From an uncultured Chloroflexia bacterium (GTDB lineage Bacteria > Chloroflexota > Limnocylindria > Limnocylindrales > CSP1-4), in the NCBI GenBank assembly GCA_963819655.1, contig CAWFXA010000002.1, positions 832,001-896,000 on the forward strand: 64,000 nucleotides of DNA. The letters are read 5' to 3'. The notes beneath the pieces were generated by a model that was given only the letters and a program-made list of their open reading frames with translations, did not search any database and was not told the origin of the DNA. Below, piece after piece: positions 36,234 to 46,901 of the stretch (position 1 is its first letter; the number at the start of each line of letters is the position of its first letter). The position numbers and the translations under genes are program-made.

Positions 36234-37993
36234 GGGAGATCCACCTCGAGCCAGGTCCCCGCGCCGTGGCGGCTGTCGATCCGGACGGTGCCCCCAAGGG
36301 CGGCGACGCGATCCTGCATGCCGGTCATGCCGGTCCCCTGCGTGGGATCGGCGCCGCCTCGTCCGTCGTCGCGGACCTCGACCCGAAGGTGATCGCCGGT
36401 CAGCGACGTCCTGACCTCGATCCGACCCGCGTCGGCATGTTTGATGGCGTTCGTCAGGGCTTCCGCGACTACGAAGTACGCGGTGGCTTCGACGGCCGCG
36501 GGAAGCCGCCGGTCGACTCCATCCTCGATCACCACCGGCATCGGGGTGCGGTCCGCGAGGGAGGCGAGTGCGGCCCCGAGGCCGGCCTCCGACAGGATCG
36601 CCGGGTGGACGCCGCGCGCCAGCTCGCGGATGTCGGCGATGGCCGCCGATGCCTCCGCGGTCGCGGCGTCGAGTTCGGCGAGGGTCCCGGCGTCGGCATC
36701 CGGCCCGAGACCGCGTCGGAGCATCTGGAGCGACAACTGCAACGAGACCAGCCGCTGCTGCGCGCCGTCATGGAGGTCTCGTTCGATCCGCCTGCGCTCG
36801 TCGTCCTGCGCCTCGACGATCCTGGCCCGCGATGCCCGCACGGAGTCCAGCTGCGAACGGACCTCTGCCTGGAGGCGCTCGTTCTCGGCGGCGAGGCGGA
36901 CGGCTGCGGCGGCGGCCGAGACCAGACCCGGATCGTCGCGAAGTGACGGATCGTGCTCGATGACGAGGTCTGGAGATGCCCCGTCGCCGATCGTCAGGAC
37001 CGTCCGCCCGGATCCGTCGGTGCCGGGGCGATCGCTGGGCCGGCCTGCCGCATCGGCGAACCCCGCGAATGCCGGCTCCCAGCGATACACCTTCAGGGAA
37101 GGATCGCCCAGGGCGTCCCTCAGCGACGCCTGCAGGACGGGCAACGGCGGGAGCCCGTCCAGGCGGACGACGAGGTCCGCGATCCGGCCACGCGCGGCGT
37201 CGTCGCGCAGGACGCCGATGAGGAGTCCGATCGCCACGAGCACGCGCAGGACCGCCAGGACGATCACCCGCAGCTCGCCGAGTGGCTCTCGCGCGTTGGT
37301 CGGCACGATGGTCTGCAGCAGGAACGTCACGACGAATCCGCCTGCCAGCAAGGCCCCGCCTAGCACGACCGGTGCCAGGCGGCGCCGCGCGGTCCCCGTG
37401 GCGCGCAGCCAGCGAGCCACGACGACCATCAGGACGCCGACGCTGAGGGCTGTCAGGAGCAGCGTCTCGACCCGTCCGATCGGGTCCATCGCGAGGTACG
37501 CCGTGAACCACGCGTCGACGGTCGAGATGCAGGTCGGGCAATCCCACCACGCGATCGGCCGCATGCCGACCGCCTTGACGATCGTCCAACCGGCCTGGAC
37601 CGCGATGAAGCCGATCGCCAGGAATCGGTCCACGCGGCGGTCGATCCGGCCCGTCGGGTAGGCGAGGATCACGAGGGCGAAGAGCGGATCGAACCAGCCG
37701 TGGGCGAGGGTCGCCAGGTACGACACGACTGCCACATCGGAGCTGATGAAGTCGCCGATGAACCAAGCGAAGCCCGTCAGGATCGCAAGGGGCCCGATCC
37801 GGTTGCCCGGTCGGCGATCCGCGATCAGGAGACCCGCGGCGATCATCGACCAGCCGACCGCGAGATCGGCGAGCAGGAGGGCCGGACTGCGCTCGGCCGT
37901 GCGGGTCAGCTGAGACGTCGCGAACGGTCCGCCGACCAGGGCGAGGATGCCGATGGCGGCGAGCCAGATGCGGCGCCTGGGCAGATCGCTCAT
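36218..37993 (-). CDS. Multi-TM sensor histidine kinase (HisKA_3)
   Basis: ERRRIERDLHDGAQQRL, EALTNAIKH, DDGRG, GTG. Confidence 0.95.
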   Translation of the reverse strand: MSDLPRRRIWLAAIGILALVGGPFATSQLTRTAERSPALLLADLAVGWSMIAAGLLIADRRPGNRIGPLAILTGFAWFIGDFISSDVAVVSYLATLAHGWFDPLFALVILAYPTGRIDRRVDRFLAIGFIAVQAGWTIVKAVGMRPIAWWDCPTCISTVDAWFTAYLAMDPIGRVETLLLTALSVGVLMVVVARWLRATGTARRRLAPVVLGGALLAGGFVVTFLLQTIVPTNAREPLGELRVIVLAVLRVLVAIGLLIGVLRDDAARGRIADLVVRLDGLPPLPVLQASLRDALGDPSLKVYRWEPAFAGFADAAGRPSDRPGTDGSGRTVLTIGDGASPDLVIEHDPSLRDDPGLVSAAAAAVRLAAENERLQAEVRSQLDSVRASRARIVEAQDDERRRIERDLHDGAQQRLVSLQLSLQMLRRGLGPDADAGTLAELDAATAEASAAIADIRELARGVHPAILSEAGLGAALASLADRTPMPVVIEDGVDRRLPAAVEATAYFVVAEALTNAIKHADAGRIEVRTSLTGDHLRVEVRDDGRGGADPTQGTGMTGMQDRVAALGGTVRIDSRHGAGTWLEVDLPCALP

Positions 37994-38364
37994 CGATCGG
38001 GCGCTTCGGCGATCAACGCGCGCAATCCCCGGCCGTCGAGCTCGTCCTTCGCGACGAACCCGATCGCCGCGCTGGCAGCCAGACGACCAACGTAGGCACT
38101 CCGATCGCGGCTCGAGACCAGCACGACGGCCGGACCGCCATCCGTCGCCTCGGCGAGCCGCTCTGCGACCCCGAAGCCGTCGAGATCGGGCAGCCCGATG
38201 TCGAGCAGGACGACGTCTGGCTTGAGAGCCGCGATGGCGGTGAGCGCCGAGGCGGCGTTCTCCGCTTCGCCGACCACCGTCCAGCCATCACCCTCGAGCA
38301 GGCGGCGCGCCGTCGCGCGGAATCCCGCGTGATCGTCGACGACGACGACGGTCGTGGCCTTCAT
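37990..38364 (-). CDS. Single-domain response regulator (receiver only)
   Basis: VVDDH, PDVVLLDIGLPDLDG, GFVAK. Confidence 0.9.
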   Translation of the reverse strand: MKATTVVVVDDHAGFRATARRLLEGDGWTVVGEAENAASALTAIAALKPDVVLLDIGLPDLDGFGVAERLAEATDGGPAVVLVSSRDRSAYVGRLAASAAIGFVAKDELDGRGLRALIAEAPDR

Positions 38365-38804
38365 GGCACGCGTACCCACGGTTGGCGATCGAGCATCGCA
38401 AAGAATTCGGCGTCCTCGGGCAACTCGGAATCGACATATGAGGTGACGAGTCGGTCGCCATCGAGCCGCCATCGGTGGCGGTGCCAGCCCCAGAACGACG
38501 GAGCATCGACCTCGATCGTCAGGAGATCGCCGTCGACGGCGTAGCGTCCTCGGGCAGGCCCGGTCAGCAACGTCTGACCCGCGGTCGCCTCCGGGACCTC
38601 GGCCCAGTCGCCGTCCGGCTCGAAGGTCCACGACAGGCGCACGGCTCCGAGGAACGGGTCGACGAACGCCTTGCTGAAGACGCCCGTCGGGAAGCCGTCC
38701 GGGCGCGTGCCGGCGGGCGGTGGCGTGGCAGTGGTGCCGAGGCAGCCCGCGACGGCAAGTGTCAAGGCGAGGATCAGCGCCCGGATGCGTCGCAGATGCC
38801 GCAT
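38361..38804 (-). CDS. Hypothetical lipoprotein (beta-rich)
   Basis: Lipobox VAGC; ATGA coupled to the two-component genes. Confidence 0.75.
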   Translation of the reverse strand: MRHLRRIRALILALTLAVAGCLGTTATPPPAGTRPDGFPTGVFSKAFVDPFLGAVRLSWTFEPDGDWAEVPEATAGQTLLTGPARGRYAVDGDLLTIEVDAPSFWGWHRHRWRLDGDRLVTSYVDSELPEDAEFFAMLDRQPWVRVP

Positions 38805-38839
38805 GGCGGCAACGATACGAGGTCGCTGTGGCTCATCCA

Positions 38840-38855
38840 TCCGGGTATGCCCGGA
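38840..38855. promoter_or_regulatory. Palindrome TCCGGG-TATG-CCCGGA in the divergent promoter region
   Basis: Perfect inverted repeat between the two-component operon and the hydrolase gene. Confidence 0.45.
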
Positions 38856-38955
38856 GGCGCGAATCGTCGCCAGCCCCGATGGCAGGACCGTCAAGGCGAC
38901 CGACTCTGAACCCACCGGCACGGATGTCCGCCGGCCAGGGCAGGAGGATCGGATC

Positions 38956-39876
38956 ATGCGAACGCGCATCGGGCGCCTCGTCGGCGCCACCGTCATCGCC
39001 ATCGTCGCCGGGGCATGTGCCGGCGCGTCGGCTCCCTCAGCATCGCCCGCCGCGACCGCCGCCGCGTCGGCGGCCGGTGGCGACCTCGTGGGCGACATCG
39101 ATATCGGCGGGCGGACGCTGAGCGTCGCCTGTCTCGGACCGGTCGACACCGGGCGGCCGACGGTCATCTTCGAGTCCGGGCTCGGCGCGGATCGGTTCGT
39201 GTGGGCCGACGTCTTCACCGGTCTGATGGCGACGGACCGCGGCTGCAGCTACGATCGGGCAGGCCTCGGCCAGTCTCAACCCGGTCCCAAGCCACAGACG
39301 ACCGACGGCCAGGTCGACGACCTGCACGCGCTGCTCCAGGCCGCCGGCGTCGAGCCCCCGTATGTGTTCGTCGCCCACTCGTCTGGCGGCTGGAACGCCA
39401 TGGTGTACGCCGGGCGGTATCCGCAGGAGGTGGCCGGCGCCGTCATGGTCGACGTCCGACCACCGGCTGCCAGCGAGCAATGGCTCGCCGCGCTGCCGCC
39501 CGAATCGTCGGCGGAGCCCGATGTCCTCCATCAGACTCGCGCGGAGCTGACCGATTTCGAGGGGGACCCGACCCTCAACCCGGAGGGTCTCGACCTGGCT
39601 GCGAGTGCAGTCCAGGCCAAGGCTGCGCCGGGCTTCGGTGACGCACCCCTGGTCGTCCTTACAGCGGGCGACCGCGTGGCGATCACCGAGGGACTGCCCG
39701 CGGATCTCGCCGCGAGTCTCGACGAGATCTGGATGGAATTGCAGACGGGCCTCGTCGGACTCTCGAGCAGCGGACGACAGGAGATCGTGCCGGACGCGAC
39801 CCATGACATGCCGTTCGAGCAGCCAGGTGTCATCGTCGACGCGATCAATGACGTGCTGGGCAAGGCAGCCGGCTGA
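38956..39876 (+). CDS. Alpha/beta hydrolase lipoprotein
   Basis: SD AGGAGG; lipobox AGAC; FESGLG, YDRAGLGQS, AHSSGG, C-terminal His. Confidence 0.9.
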   Translation: MRTRIGRLVGATVIAIVAGACAGASAPSASPAATAAASAAGGDLVGDIDIGGRTLSVACLGPVDTGRPTVIFESGLGADRFVWADVFTGLMATDRGCSYDRAGLGQSQPGPKPQTTDGQVDDLHALLQAAGVEPPYVFVAHSSGGWNAMVYAGRYPQEVAGAVMVDVRPPAASEQWLAALPPESSAEPDVLHQTRAELTDFEGDPTLNPEGLDLAASAVQAKAAPGFGDAPLVVLTAGDRVAITEGLPADLAASLDEIWMELQTGLVGLSSSGRQEIVPDATHDMPFEQPGVIVDAINDVLGKAAG

Positions 39877-39960
39877 CCGGACGCCAATGCGACCGGCCCG
39901 GGCTCGACCTGCCCGGGCCGGTACACTGCTGTCATCGGGTCGGCGCAGCGGAGGGTGGCA

Positions 39961-41703
39961 TTGGCGGACACCGAGGGGTCAACACGGACCCAGCGTGATC
40001 GTGGCAAGACCGTCCACGGAGAGGCGGCGAATGCCGGTCACCGCGTCCTCGCCCCCGATGACGCCGAGGTCGAGGCGTACCTCGAGACAGCCCTCCACGC
40101 GCCCTCGCCGGACCGCACGACCGGCGACGCCGCCACGACGACCACCGGTCCTGTGGTCGTCCTCGATTTCGGGAGCCAGTTCGCCCAGCTGATCGCCCGA
40201 CGCGTCCGCGAGCTCGATGTCTATTCCGAGCTCCTGCCCCACGACACGCCATATGCCGAACTCGAACGGCGCGGGACTCGCGCCATCATCCTGTCCGGCG
40301 GCCCGATGTCGGTATACGACGAGGCAGCCCCGAAACCCGACCCGGCGGTGTGGAGTGGTCGCATCCCCGTCCTCGGCATCTGCTACGGCGCGCAGCTGAT
40401 GGCTCGCGAGCTCGGCGGCGACGTCCTGCCGACCGGCAAGCGCGAGTACGGGCCCGCGAGCGTCCAGCTCGACACCGACGACGGGCTGTTCCGCGGTCTC
40501 GATCGCGTTCAACCGGTCTGGATGAGCCATGGCGACTCGATCACGCGGCTACCCGAGGGCTTCACGTCGACCGCGCAGACCGACGCGACGCCGTTCGCCG
40601 GTCTCGAGGCGCCCGACCGGAACCTGTACGGCATCCAGTTCCACCCCGAGGTCGTCCACACGCCGCGCGGCAAGGACGTCCTGCGCAACTTCGTGACCGG
40701 TATCGCCGGTGTCGAGCCGTCCTGGACGGCGGTGAACTTCATCGAGACGACCGTGACCGGCATACGCGAACGGGTGGACACGCACGCGCGGGAGACCGGC
40801 TCCGATGGGAAGGTCATCTGCGCCCTGTCGGGCGGCGTCGATTCGGCGGTCGCCGCGGCGCTCGTCCATCGCGCAGTGGGCGACCGACTGACGTGCATCT
40901 ACGTCGACCACGGGCTCATGCGCAAGAAGGAGTCGGAGCTCCTGCGCGTCACGTTCGAACGCGATCTCGGCATGCAGCTCGTCATGGTCGACGCCCGCGA
41001 GCGGTTCCTGACTCGGCTGGCCGGGGTCGAGGACCCCGAGGCGAAGCGGCGGATCATCGGTGACGAGTTCATCCGCGTGTTCGAGGAGGAGGCGGCCAAG
41101 CTCGGCCGCATCGACTTCCTGACGCAGGGGACTCTCTATCCCGACGTCATCGAGAGCGCAACCTCCGAGACGAAGGCCGCGCAGAAGATCAAGACGCACC
41201 ACAACGTCGGCGGCCTGCCCGCGGACCTCCGTTTCAAGCTCATCGAGCCGTTGCGCTACCTGTTCAAGGACGAGGTCCGCAAGGTCGGGCTGGAGCTCGG
41301 GCTGCCGGAGGCGATGGTCATGCGCCAACCATTCCCGGGTCCCGGCCTGGCCATCCGCATCATCGGCGAGGTCACCGCCGAGCGGCTCGATACCCTGCGC
41401 GAGGCCGACTGGATCGTCATCGACGAGATCAAGGCCGCCAACCTCTACCGCAGCCTGTGGCAGAGCTTCGCGATCCTGACCCCGGTCCGGTCGGTCGGCG
41501 TCATGGGCGACGGACGGACCTACGCGAACGTCGTCGCCATCCGCGCCGTCACATCGGAGGACGGGATGACGGCCGACTGGGCGAAGTTGCCGTACGACGT
41601 GCTGGGCAAGATCAGCAGCCGGATCGTCAACGAGGTCGCCGGCGTCAACCGGGTCGTCTACGACATCAGCTCCAAGCCCCCGGCAACGATCGAATGGGAG
41701 TGA
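39961..41703 (+). CDS. guaA: GMP synthase (glutamine-hydrolysing)
   Basis: [34 protein letters not shown]. Start uncertain; N-terminal extension of about 60 aa. Confidence 0.97.
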   Translation: MADTEGSTRTQRDRGKTVHGEAANAGHRVLAPDDAEVEAYLETALHAPSPDRTTGDAATTTTGPVVVLDFGSQFAQLIARRVRELDVYSELLPHDTPYAELERRGTRAIILSGGPMSVYDEAAPKPDPAVWSGRIPVLGICYGAQLMARELGGDVLPTGKREYGPASVQLDTDDGLFRGLDRVQPVWMSHGDSITRLPEGFTSTAQTDATPFAGLEAPDRNLYGIQFHPEVVHTPRGKDVLRNFVTGIAGVEPSWTAVNFIETTVTGIRERVDTHARETGSDGKVICALSGGVDSAVAAALVHRAVGDRLTCIYVDHGLMRKKESELLRVTFERDLGMQLVMVDARERFLTRLAGVEDPEAKRRIIGDEFIRVFEEEAAKLGRIDFLTQGTLYPDVIESATSETKAAQKIKTHHNVGGLPADLRFKLIEPLRYLFKDEVRKVGLELGLPEAMVMRQPFPGPGLAIRIIGEVTAERLDTLREADWIVIDEIKAANLYRSLWQSFAILTPVRSVGVMGDGRTYANVVAIRAVTSEDGMTADWAKLPYDVLGKISSRIVNEVAGVNRVVYDISSKPPATIEWE

Positions 41704-41771
41704 TGCGGTACCCCGCACACCCCGGACCGATGGGGTATTCCGGACCGATGGGCGCGCGGTAGCATTCCGCC

Positions 41772-42308
41772 ATGGTCGACGACACGCATCCCGTGGCTGG
41801 GTCGACGGTCTCCGTCTGCCCGTGGTGCTCAGCCAACTACACCGGCGATCCCGAAACCTGTCCTTCCTGCGGCGCCGCGCTCGCGGTCGACCCGGCGACT
41901 GACCCCGCCCTGCCTGGCCTGACTGCCATCGACGCCGCCGCGATCGTCCGGGCGAAGACACCCGTCGCGCGACCGCGCAATCGACTGCTGTCCTGGATCA
42001 GCGGTGAGTACCCCGAGACGTCGCCCAGCGCGACGGAGGCCGGTGCGCTCGCCCCACCCGATCCCAGCGTCCGACGCGAGATGCTCCGTCTCGAGCTCGA
42101 GGCGGAGGTCGCGAACCTCCAGGCCGAGGCTGGCGCGCTCATGGCCGAGGCGACGCTCGAGGGTCACGCGCCCGAGGCATCACCGGAGACCGTGGCCGCA
42201 GCGGCCGCAGCGGTCGCAGACCTGAGCGACGTGTCGACCGAGCTCGCCGAGGTCGACGTGGCGCTCGACACCGACCCGCTCGGCGACGAGGACCGCCAGC
42301 CGGCCTGA
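41772..42308 (+). CDS. Zinc-ribbon hypothetical protein
   Basis: CPWC...CPSCG; acidic helical C-terminus. Confidence 0.8.
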   Translation: MVDDTHPVAGSTVSVCPWCSANYTGDPETCPSCGAALAVDPATDPALPGLTAIDAAAIVRAKTPVARPRNRLLSWISGEYPETSPSATEAGALAPPDPSVRREMLRLELEAEVANLQAEAGALMAEATLEGHAPEASPETVAAAAAAVADLSDVSTELAEVDVALDTDPLGDEDRQPA

Positions 42309-42335
42309 TCCGGACGGCCGCGTAGACTTGCGGTC

Positions 42336-42794
42336 GTGCCCGACCGACTCCCGCCGCCTGGACCGTCGTACCTGCGCGAGCACGAGGTCCGTGTCGGCGA
42401 CCGAGCGCTGCGCGCCGGGATGGCGCGCCCGTCGGAAACTCCCGACGGCTGGTGGATAGCGCTCATGTGGGTGGCCGACGACGACGGCGTGGTCAGCTTC
42501 CGCGATGTCGCGCCCGCGGCCGGCCCGCCACCGGATCCGCCGCTCGCGCGTCTCGGGCCGGCGCTGTCGGGCGCGCTGTCCGGGTTGATCCTCGAGGATG
42601 CCGGGCGGCTCCAGCTGCGCGTCGGCGGGCTGGTCCCGCCGGACGATCCGGCCCGCCCGTGGCGCGCGCCGCTTGCGATCCGCGCAGCATTCCGGTTCGA
42701 GCCGGCGCGCGCGGCCACGATGCGACCCAACGAACTGGCCGAGACGGTCCTCGCCGCGTTTCGCCGCTCCGTGGAGGGCCTCGGTCGGGGGTAG
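42336..42794 (+). CDS. Hypothetical protein
   Basis: TAGACT 7 nt before the GTG; fills the gap. Confidence 0.75.
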   Translation: MPDRLPPPGPSYLREHEVRVGDRALRAGMARPSETPDGWWIALMWVADDDGVVSFRDVAPAAGPPPDPPLARLGPALSGALSGLILEDAGRLQLRVGGLVPPDDPARPWRAPLAIRAAFRFEPARAATMRPNELAETVLAAFRRSVEGLGRG

Positions 42795-42806
42795 CATCGT
42801 CAGGCG

Positions 42807-45800
42807 ATGCGCGACATGTTCGACGATTTCCTGGAGGAGCTCCGACGCCGCGAGGCCGAGGCCCGCGGCGAGGAGCCCGAGGAGAGGCCGCCCCGACGGC
42901 CGCGACCGGTCGGGCCGGACAGCCCGGATGGCGGTCGACGCCCGGGCCGCTTCCGGGCCTCGTGGTGGGTCGTCATCCTGGTCGTCATCGTCACGATCTT
43001 CGTGGCGAGTGCGGTCCTGGACCTGTGGACCGATGCCCTGTGGTTCCAAAGTGTCGGGTTCGACGCCGTGTTCTGGACCCGGTTTGGCGCCCAGCTCGGT
43101 CTGTTCGTCGCCGCGGCGCTGGGCACACTGGCGGTCATCCTGATCAACCTGTCGGTGGCGGGCCGGCTGTCGCCGCCGTCGGTAGGAGGCGGCGCGTCGT
43201 TCTCGGGTTGGTTCGCGCGCCTCAACGACGCCACCGGCTCCCGTCGCGTCGGCGGCCCATCGGACGGGGGACCGCGGACGATCACGTTCGGGCCCGAGGA
43301 CGTCCCGGACCTTACCCCGATCGCCCGGGCCATCCTCGTCGTCGTGGCCGTCCTCGTCGCACTGACGATCGGCGCGTCGGTCGCAGCGTCGTGGGAGACC
43401 ATCCTGCTCTGGGCGAACCGCGTGCCGTTCTCGCCCGAAGGTGCCGCGCCGGTCGTCGATCCGGTCTTCGGACGCGACATCGGGTTCTTCCTGTTCGAGC
43501 TCCCGTTCTTGCGACTGGTCCAATCATTGTTCAACGCGATCGTCATCGCCAGCCTCGTCGCGATCGGTATCCGCTACCTCGTGGCCGCGACCCGCGGGAA
43601 CCTCGAGTTGACCACGCAGATCCGGGTGCACCTCGGGATCCTGGCGGGCTTGCTCCTCCTGTCGATCGCATTCGGGTACCAGCTCGACAAGTTCGAGCTC
43701 GTCTATAGCGGCCGTGGCTTCGTGACCGGCGTGAGCTACACGGACCAGAACGCCCAATTCTTCGCGTACGACGTCCTGACCGTGCTGTCCGGGCTCGCCG
43801 GCGCGCTCCTCGTCGGCGCCGCGTTCACCCGGATGCTGTGGCCGCTCGGCCTCACGCTGGGAATCTGGCTGCTGGCGTCGCTGCTCATCGGACGGGCCTA
43901 CCCCGAGGCGATCCAGCGTCTGACCGTGGACCCGAACCAGTTCGCGCAGGAAGAGCGGTACATCCTGAACAACATCGCGATGACCCGATTGGCGTTCGGG
44001 CTGGACGGTTGGGAGGACGACCGGCCCTTCCGAGGTGAATCGGTCCTGACCGAGGAGGTCATCGAGCAGGAGGCCGCGACGTTCCAGAACGCCCGGCTGT
44101 GGGACTACCGCCCGCTCGCTCAGTCACTCGACCAGCTCCAGACCGTCCGGCGGTACTACGACTTCGTCGACGTCGACACCGACCGATACGAGATCGACGG
44201 CGAGCAGCGCCAGGTGATGCTGTCGGCTCGCGAGTTGGCGCTCGACCAGAACCCCGGCGCGACCGGCTGGGTCAACCAGCGCGTCAACTTCACGCACGGG
44301 ATCGGCGCCACGATGGTCCCGGTCAACGAGGTGGCCAACGAGGGTCAGCCGCGACTGCTGATCGGCAACCTGCCGCCGGTCTCGTCGTCAGGAGCACCGA
44401 CCATCCGCGAGCCGCGGATCTACTTCGGTGAGCGCGATTCGTCGTACATCGTTGTGGGAGCCCGCCAGAACGAGTTCGATTACCCGACGGGCGATGGCGA
44501 CGAAACCGGCGCAGCCGGGACGTCGACCCGGTGGACCGGGTCGAGCGGGATCCGCATCGACACGACCCTCATGCGAGCCCTGTTCGCGCTGCGCTTCCGC
44601 GACCTCGATCTGCTCATCACCGACCAGGTGACCGTTCAGAGCCAGCTGCTGTTCCACCGCTCGCTGCGCGACCGGCTCGGGCAGATCGCCCCCTTCCTGC
44701 TCTACGACAAGGATCCTTACCTCGTCATCGACGGCTCGGGGCGTCTCGTCTACGTCCAGGACGCGTATACGGTCTCGGATCGCTTCCCGCACGCGCAGGG
44801 CTTCGACCCGCGTTCGGCATTCGAGACGACCGGCCTCGGACGACAGCCGTTCAACTACATGCGCAACAGCGTCAAGCTGACGATGGACGCCTACGACGGC
44901 ACGATGCGGTTCTACATCGCCGATCCGGACGACCCGATCGTGCGTGCCTACGCCGGTGTCTTCCCGAGCCTGTTCCGGCCGATGAGCGAGCTGCCCGACG
45001 ACCTGCGGCCCCACCTGCGGGTCCCGGAAGAGCAGTTCAACGTCCAGACGCGGGTGTTCGGCCGGTACCACGTGACCAGCGCGGAGCAATTCTTCCGCAA
45101 CGACGACCAATGGACGGTCCCGCAGGGCCAGACCAGCGAACAGGCCCTCCCGTCCGAGGCCTACTACGTGATCATGCGGATGCCCGGCGAGGAGGAGGCC
45201 GAGTTCCTCCTGCTCCAGCCGATGGTGCCGATCAGCCGCCCGAACATGATCGCCTGGGTGGCGGCCCGCATGGACGAGCCGAACTACGGGGCGACCCGCA
45301 TCTACCGCTTCCCCGCCGAGACGACGATCTTCGGGCCAGCCCAGATCGAGGCGCGCATCGACCAGGACCCAGCCATCAGCCAGCAGCTCACGTTGTGGCG
45401 CAACTCGGGCAGCAACGTCATCCGCGGCAACCTCATCGTCGTCCCGATCACGGATTCGATCTTGTACCTGCAGCCCGTGTACCTGCAGTCCACCGGCTCC
45501 GCCTTCCCTGAGTTCCGGCGGATCGTCGTTGCCTCGCCGCGTGAGGTGGTGTGGGCCGAGACGCTCGCCTCCGCGCTCGATCAGCTGCTCGAGGCCGAAG
45601 GTGGGACGGCCGGCCCGTCACCGACGCCGACGCCGCGGCCGACGACCGGCCCGACCCCGAGCCCGACGACCTCGCCGGACCCTGACGCGCCGTTGCCGGC
45701 CGACGTGCCGGGCCTGATCGAATATGCGAACCAGCACTTCGAGCTGGCCCAGGCCGCCTTGCGGGACGGGGACTTCGGCCGTTATGGCGAGGAGATCGAC

Positions 45801-45872
45801 AAGGTCGAAGCCGCCCTCCGCCGACTCGACGAACTCGCACCTGGTCTGGCCTCCCCGTCGCCCGCACCGTGA
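42807..45872 (+). CDS. UPF0182 family membrane protein
   Basis: WFQSVGF, DPVFGRDIGFF, RLWDYRP, YDFVDVDTDRY, PRIYFGE, NYMRNSVK. Confidence 0.96.
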   Translation: MRDMFDDFLEELRRREAEARGEEPEERPPRRPRPVGPDSPDGGRRPGRFRASWWVVILVVIVTIFVASAVLDLWTDALWFQSVGFDAVFWTRFGAQLGLFVAAALGTLAVILINLSVAGRLSPPSVGGGASFSGWFARLNDATGSRRVGGPSDGGPRTITFGPEDVPDLTPIARAILVVVAVLVALTIGASVAASWETILLWANRVPFSPEGAAPVVDPVFGRDIGFFLFELPFLRLVQSLFNAIVIASLVAIGIRYLVAATRGNLELTTQIRVHLGILAGLLLLSIAFGYQLDKFELVYSGRGFVTGVSYTDQNAQFFAYDVLTVLSGLAGALLVGAAFTRMLWPLGLTLGIWLLASLLIGRAYPEAIQRLTVDPNQFAQEERYILNNIAMTRLAFGLDGWEDDRPFRGESVLTEEVIEQEAATFQNARLWDYRPLAQSLDQLQTVRRYYDFVDVDTDRYEIDGEQRQVMLSARELALDQNPGATGWVNQRVNFTHGIGATMVPVNEVANEGQPRLLIGNLPPVSSSGAPTIREPRIYFGERDSSYIVVGARQNEFDYPTGDGDETGAAGTSTRWTGSSGIRIDTTLMRALFALRFRDLDLLITDQVTVQSQLLFHRSLRDRLGQIAPFLLYDKDPYLVIDGSGRLVYVQDAYTVSDRFPHAQGFDPRSAFETTGLGRQPFNYMRNSVKLTMDAYDGTMRFYIADPDDPIVRAYAGVFPSLFRPMSELPDDLRPHLRVPEEQFNVQTRVFGRYHVTSAEQFFRNDDQWTVPQGQTSEQALPSEAYYVIMRMPGEEEAEFLLLQPMVPISRPNMIAWVAARMDEPNYGATRIYRFPAETTIFGPAQIEARIDQDPAISQQLTLWRNSGSNVIRGNLIVVPITDSILYLQPVYLQSTGSAFPEFRRIVVASPREVVWAETLASALDQLLEAEGGTAGPSPTPTPRPTTGPTPSPTTSPDPDAPLPADVPGLIEYANQHFELAQAALRDGDFGRYGEEIDKVEAALRRLDELAPGLASPSPAP

Positions 45873-46825
45873 GCCTCGGAGCGACCCTCTCCGGCTCGCT
45901 CCTGGCCGTGCTCGACCGGCCGTCCACCTGGCCGCTGGCGCTAGCGGGGTTCCTCATCCGTGGCGGCTGGCTGTTGGTGGTCGCCCCGATCGTCGTCCTG
46001 CCGACCGCGGTCGGGCTGGCGAATGTCATGGCCCCGCTGCTCGAAGACATCGCGTTCGGTCGGCGCATGGGCGAGCTGGTCGTCCTCATCCTCGTGGCAC
46101 TGCTGGTCGTCGTGGGCTGGCTCATCGGCGGTGGGTTGTTCGCGGCATTCGCCGAGCTCGAGGTCGTCCGACGGATCATCGCCGACAGCCCGGACGGTCG
46201 AGCGTCACCGGTCGAGGCCGTCGATCCCTGGACGGCGGCCTGGCGGATCCTGGGCGTTCGCCTCGCTGCCCACGTCCCATTCGCGATCGCCCTGGTGTGG
46301 GGTGCGGCGCGGCTCTCAACCGTCGGGTACGCGGAGCTGACCGTGCCATCGGACGTGACGGTGCCCCTTCCGTGGCGGATCGCGTCGGGTGCTCCCGACG
46401 CCATCGTCGGCATCGTCCTGACATGGCTCCTCGGTGAGGCGATCGGCGCGATGGGTGCGCGGCGTGTGGCGCTTTGGCGGGAGGCGGCCCGACCGGCCCT
46501 GCGCGCGGCGATCGCACGGTTCGCGCGATCGCCGGGCAGGCCAACGCTCCTCGCGCTCCTCCCGACGATCGTCCTCGTGGCCGTCGTCGCCCTGACTGGG
46601 ATCGCTGCCGGGACCGCCCTGGACGCCGTTCGGTCCGCATTCGCCCTGGACGAGGCGTCGGCCGGGACGACAGCGCTTCTGGTGGTGTTCGTGGGCCTGT
46701 TCGCGGGCGGGATCACGCTGCTTGCGCTCACGACGGCGTGGCGCGCAGCGATCTGGACGTTCGACGCGGTCGCTCAGGGGAGCGGGACGTTCGGGGGAGG
46801 CGGTAGCACCCGGACGGGGGACTAG
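45869..46825 (+). CDS. Hypothetical polytopic membrane protein
   Basis: GTGA coupling; about 6 TM segments. Confidence 0.8.
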   Translation: MSLGATLSGSLLAVLDRPSTWPLALAGFLIRGGWLLVVAPIVVLPTAVGLANVMAPLLEDIAFGRRMGELVVLILVALLVVVGWLIGGGLFAAFAELEVVRRIIADSPDGRASPVEAVDPWTAAWRILGVRLAAHVPFAIALVWGAARLSTVGYAELTVPSDVTVPLPWRIASGAPDAIVGIVLTWLLGEAIGAMGARRVALWREAARPALRAAIARFARSPGRPTLLALLPTIVLVAVVALTGIAAGTALDAVRSAFALDEASAGTTALLVVFVGLFAGGITLLALTTAWRAAIWTFDAVAQGSGTFGGGGSTRTGD

Positions 46826-46901
46826 GAGGGCCGTTCCGCCTCTGTCACCCTGACCATCCGTCGACCCGCGGGGAGGGTCGGATGTGAACACGAGGTGATG
46901 G

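Noticed and set aside
38837-38863. SigK-like promoter CCATCC-N17-CGAA
   Set aside because: Single short match with uncertain spacing; cannot be separated from chance.
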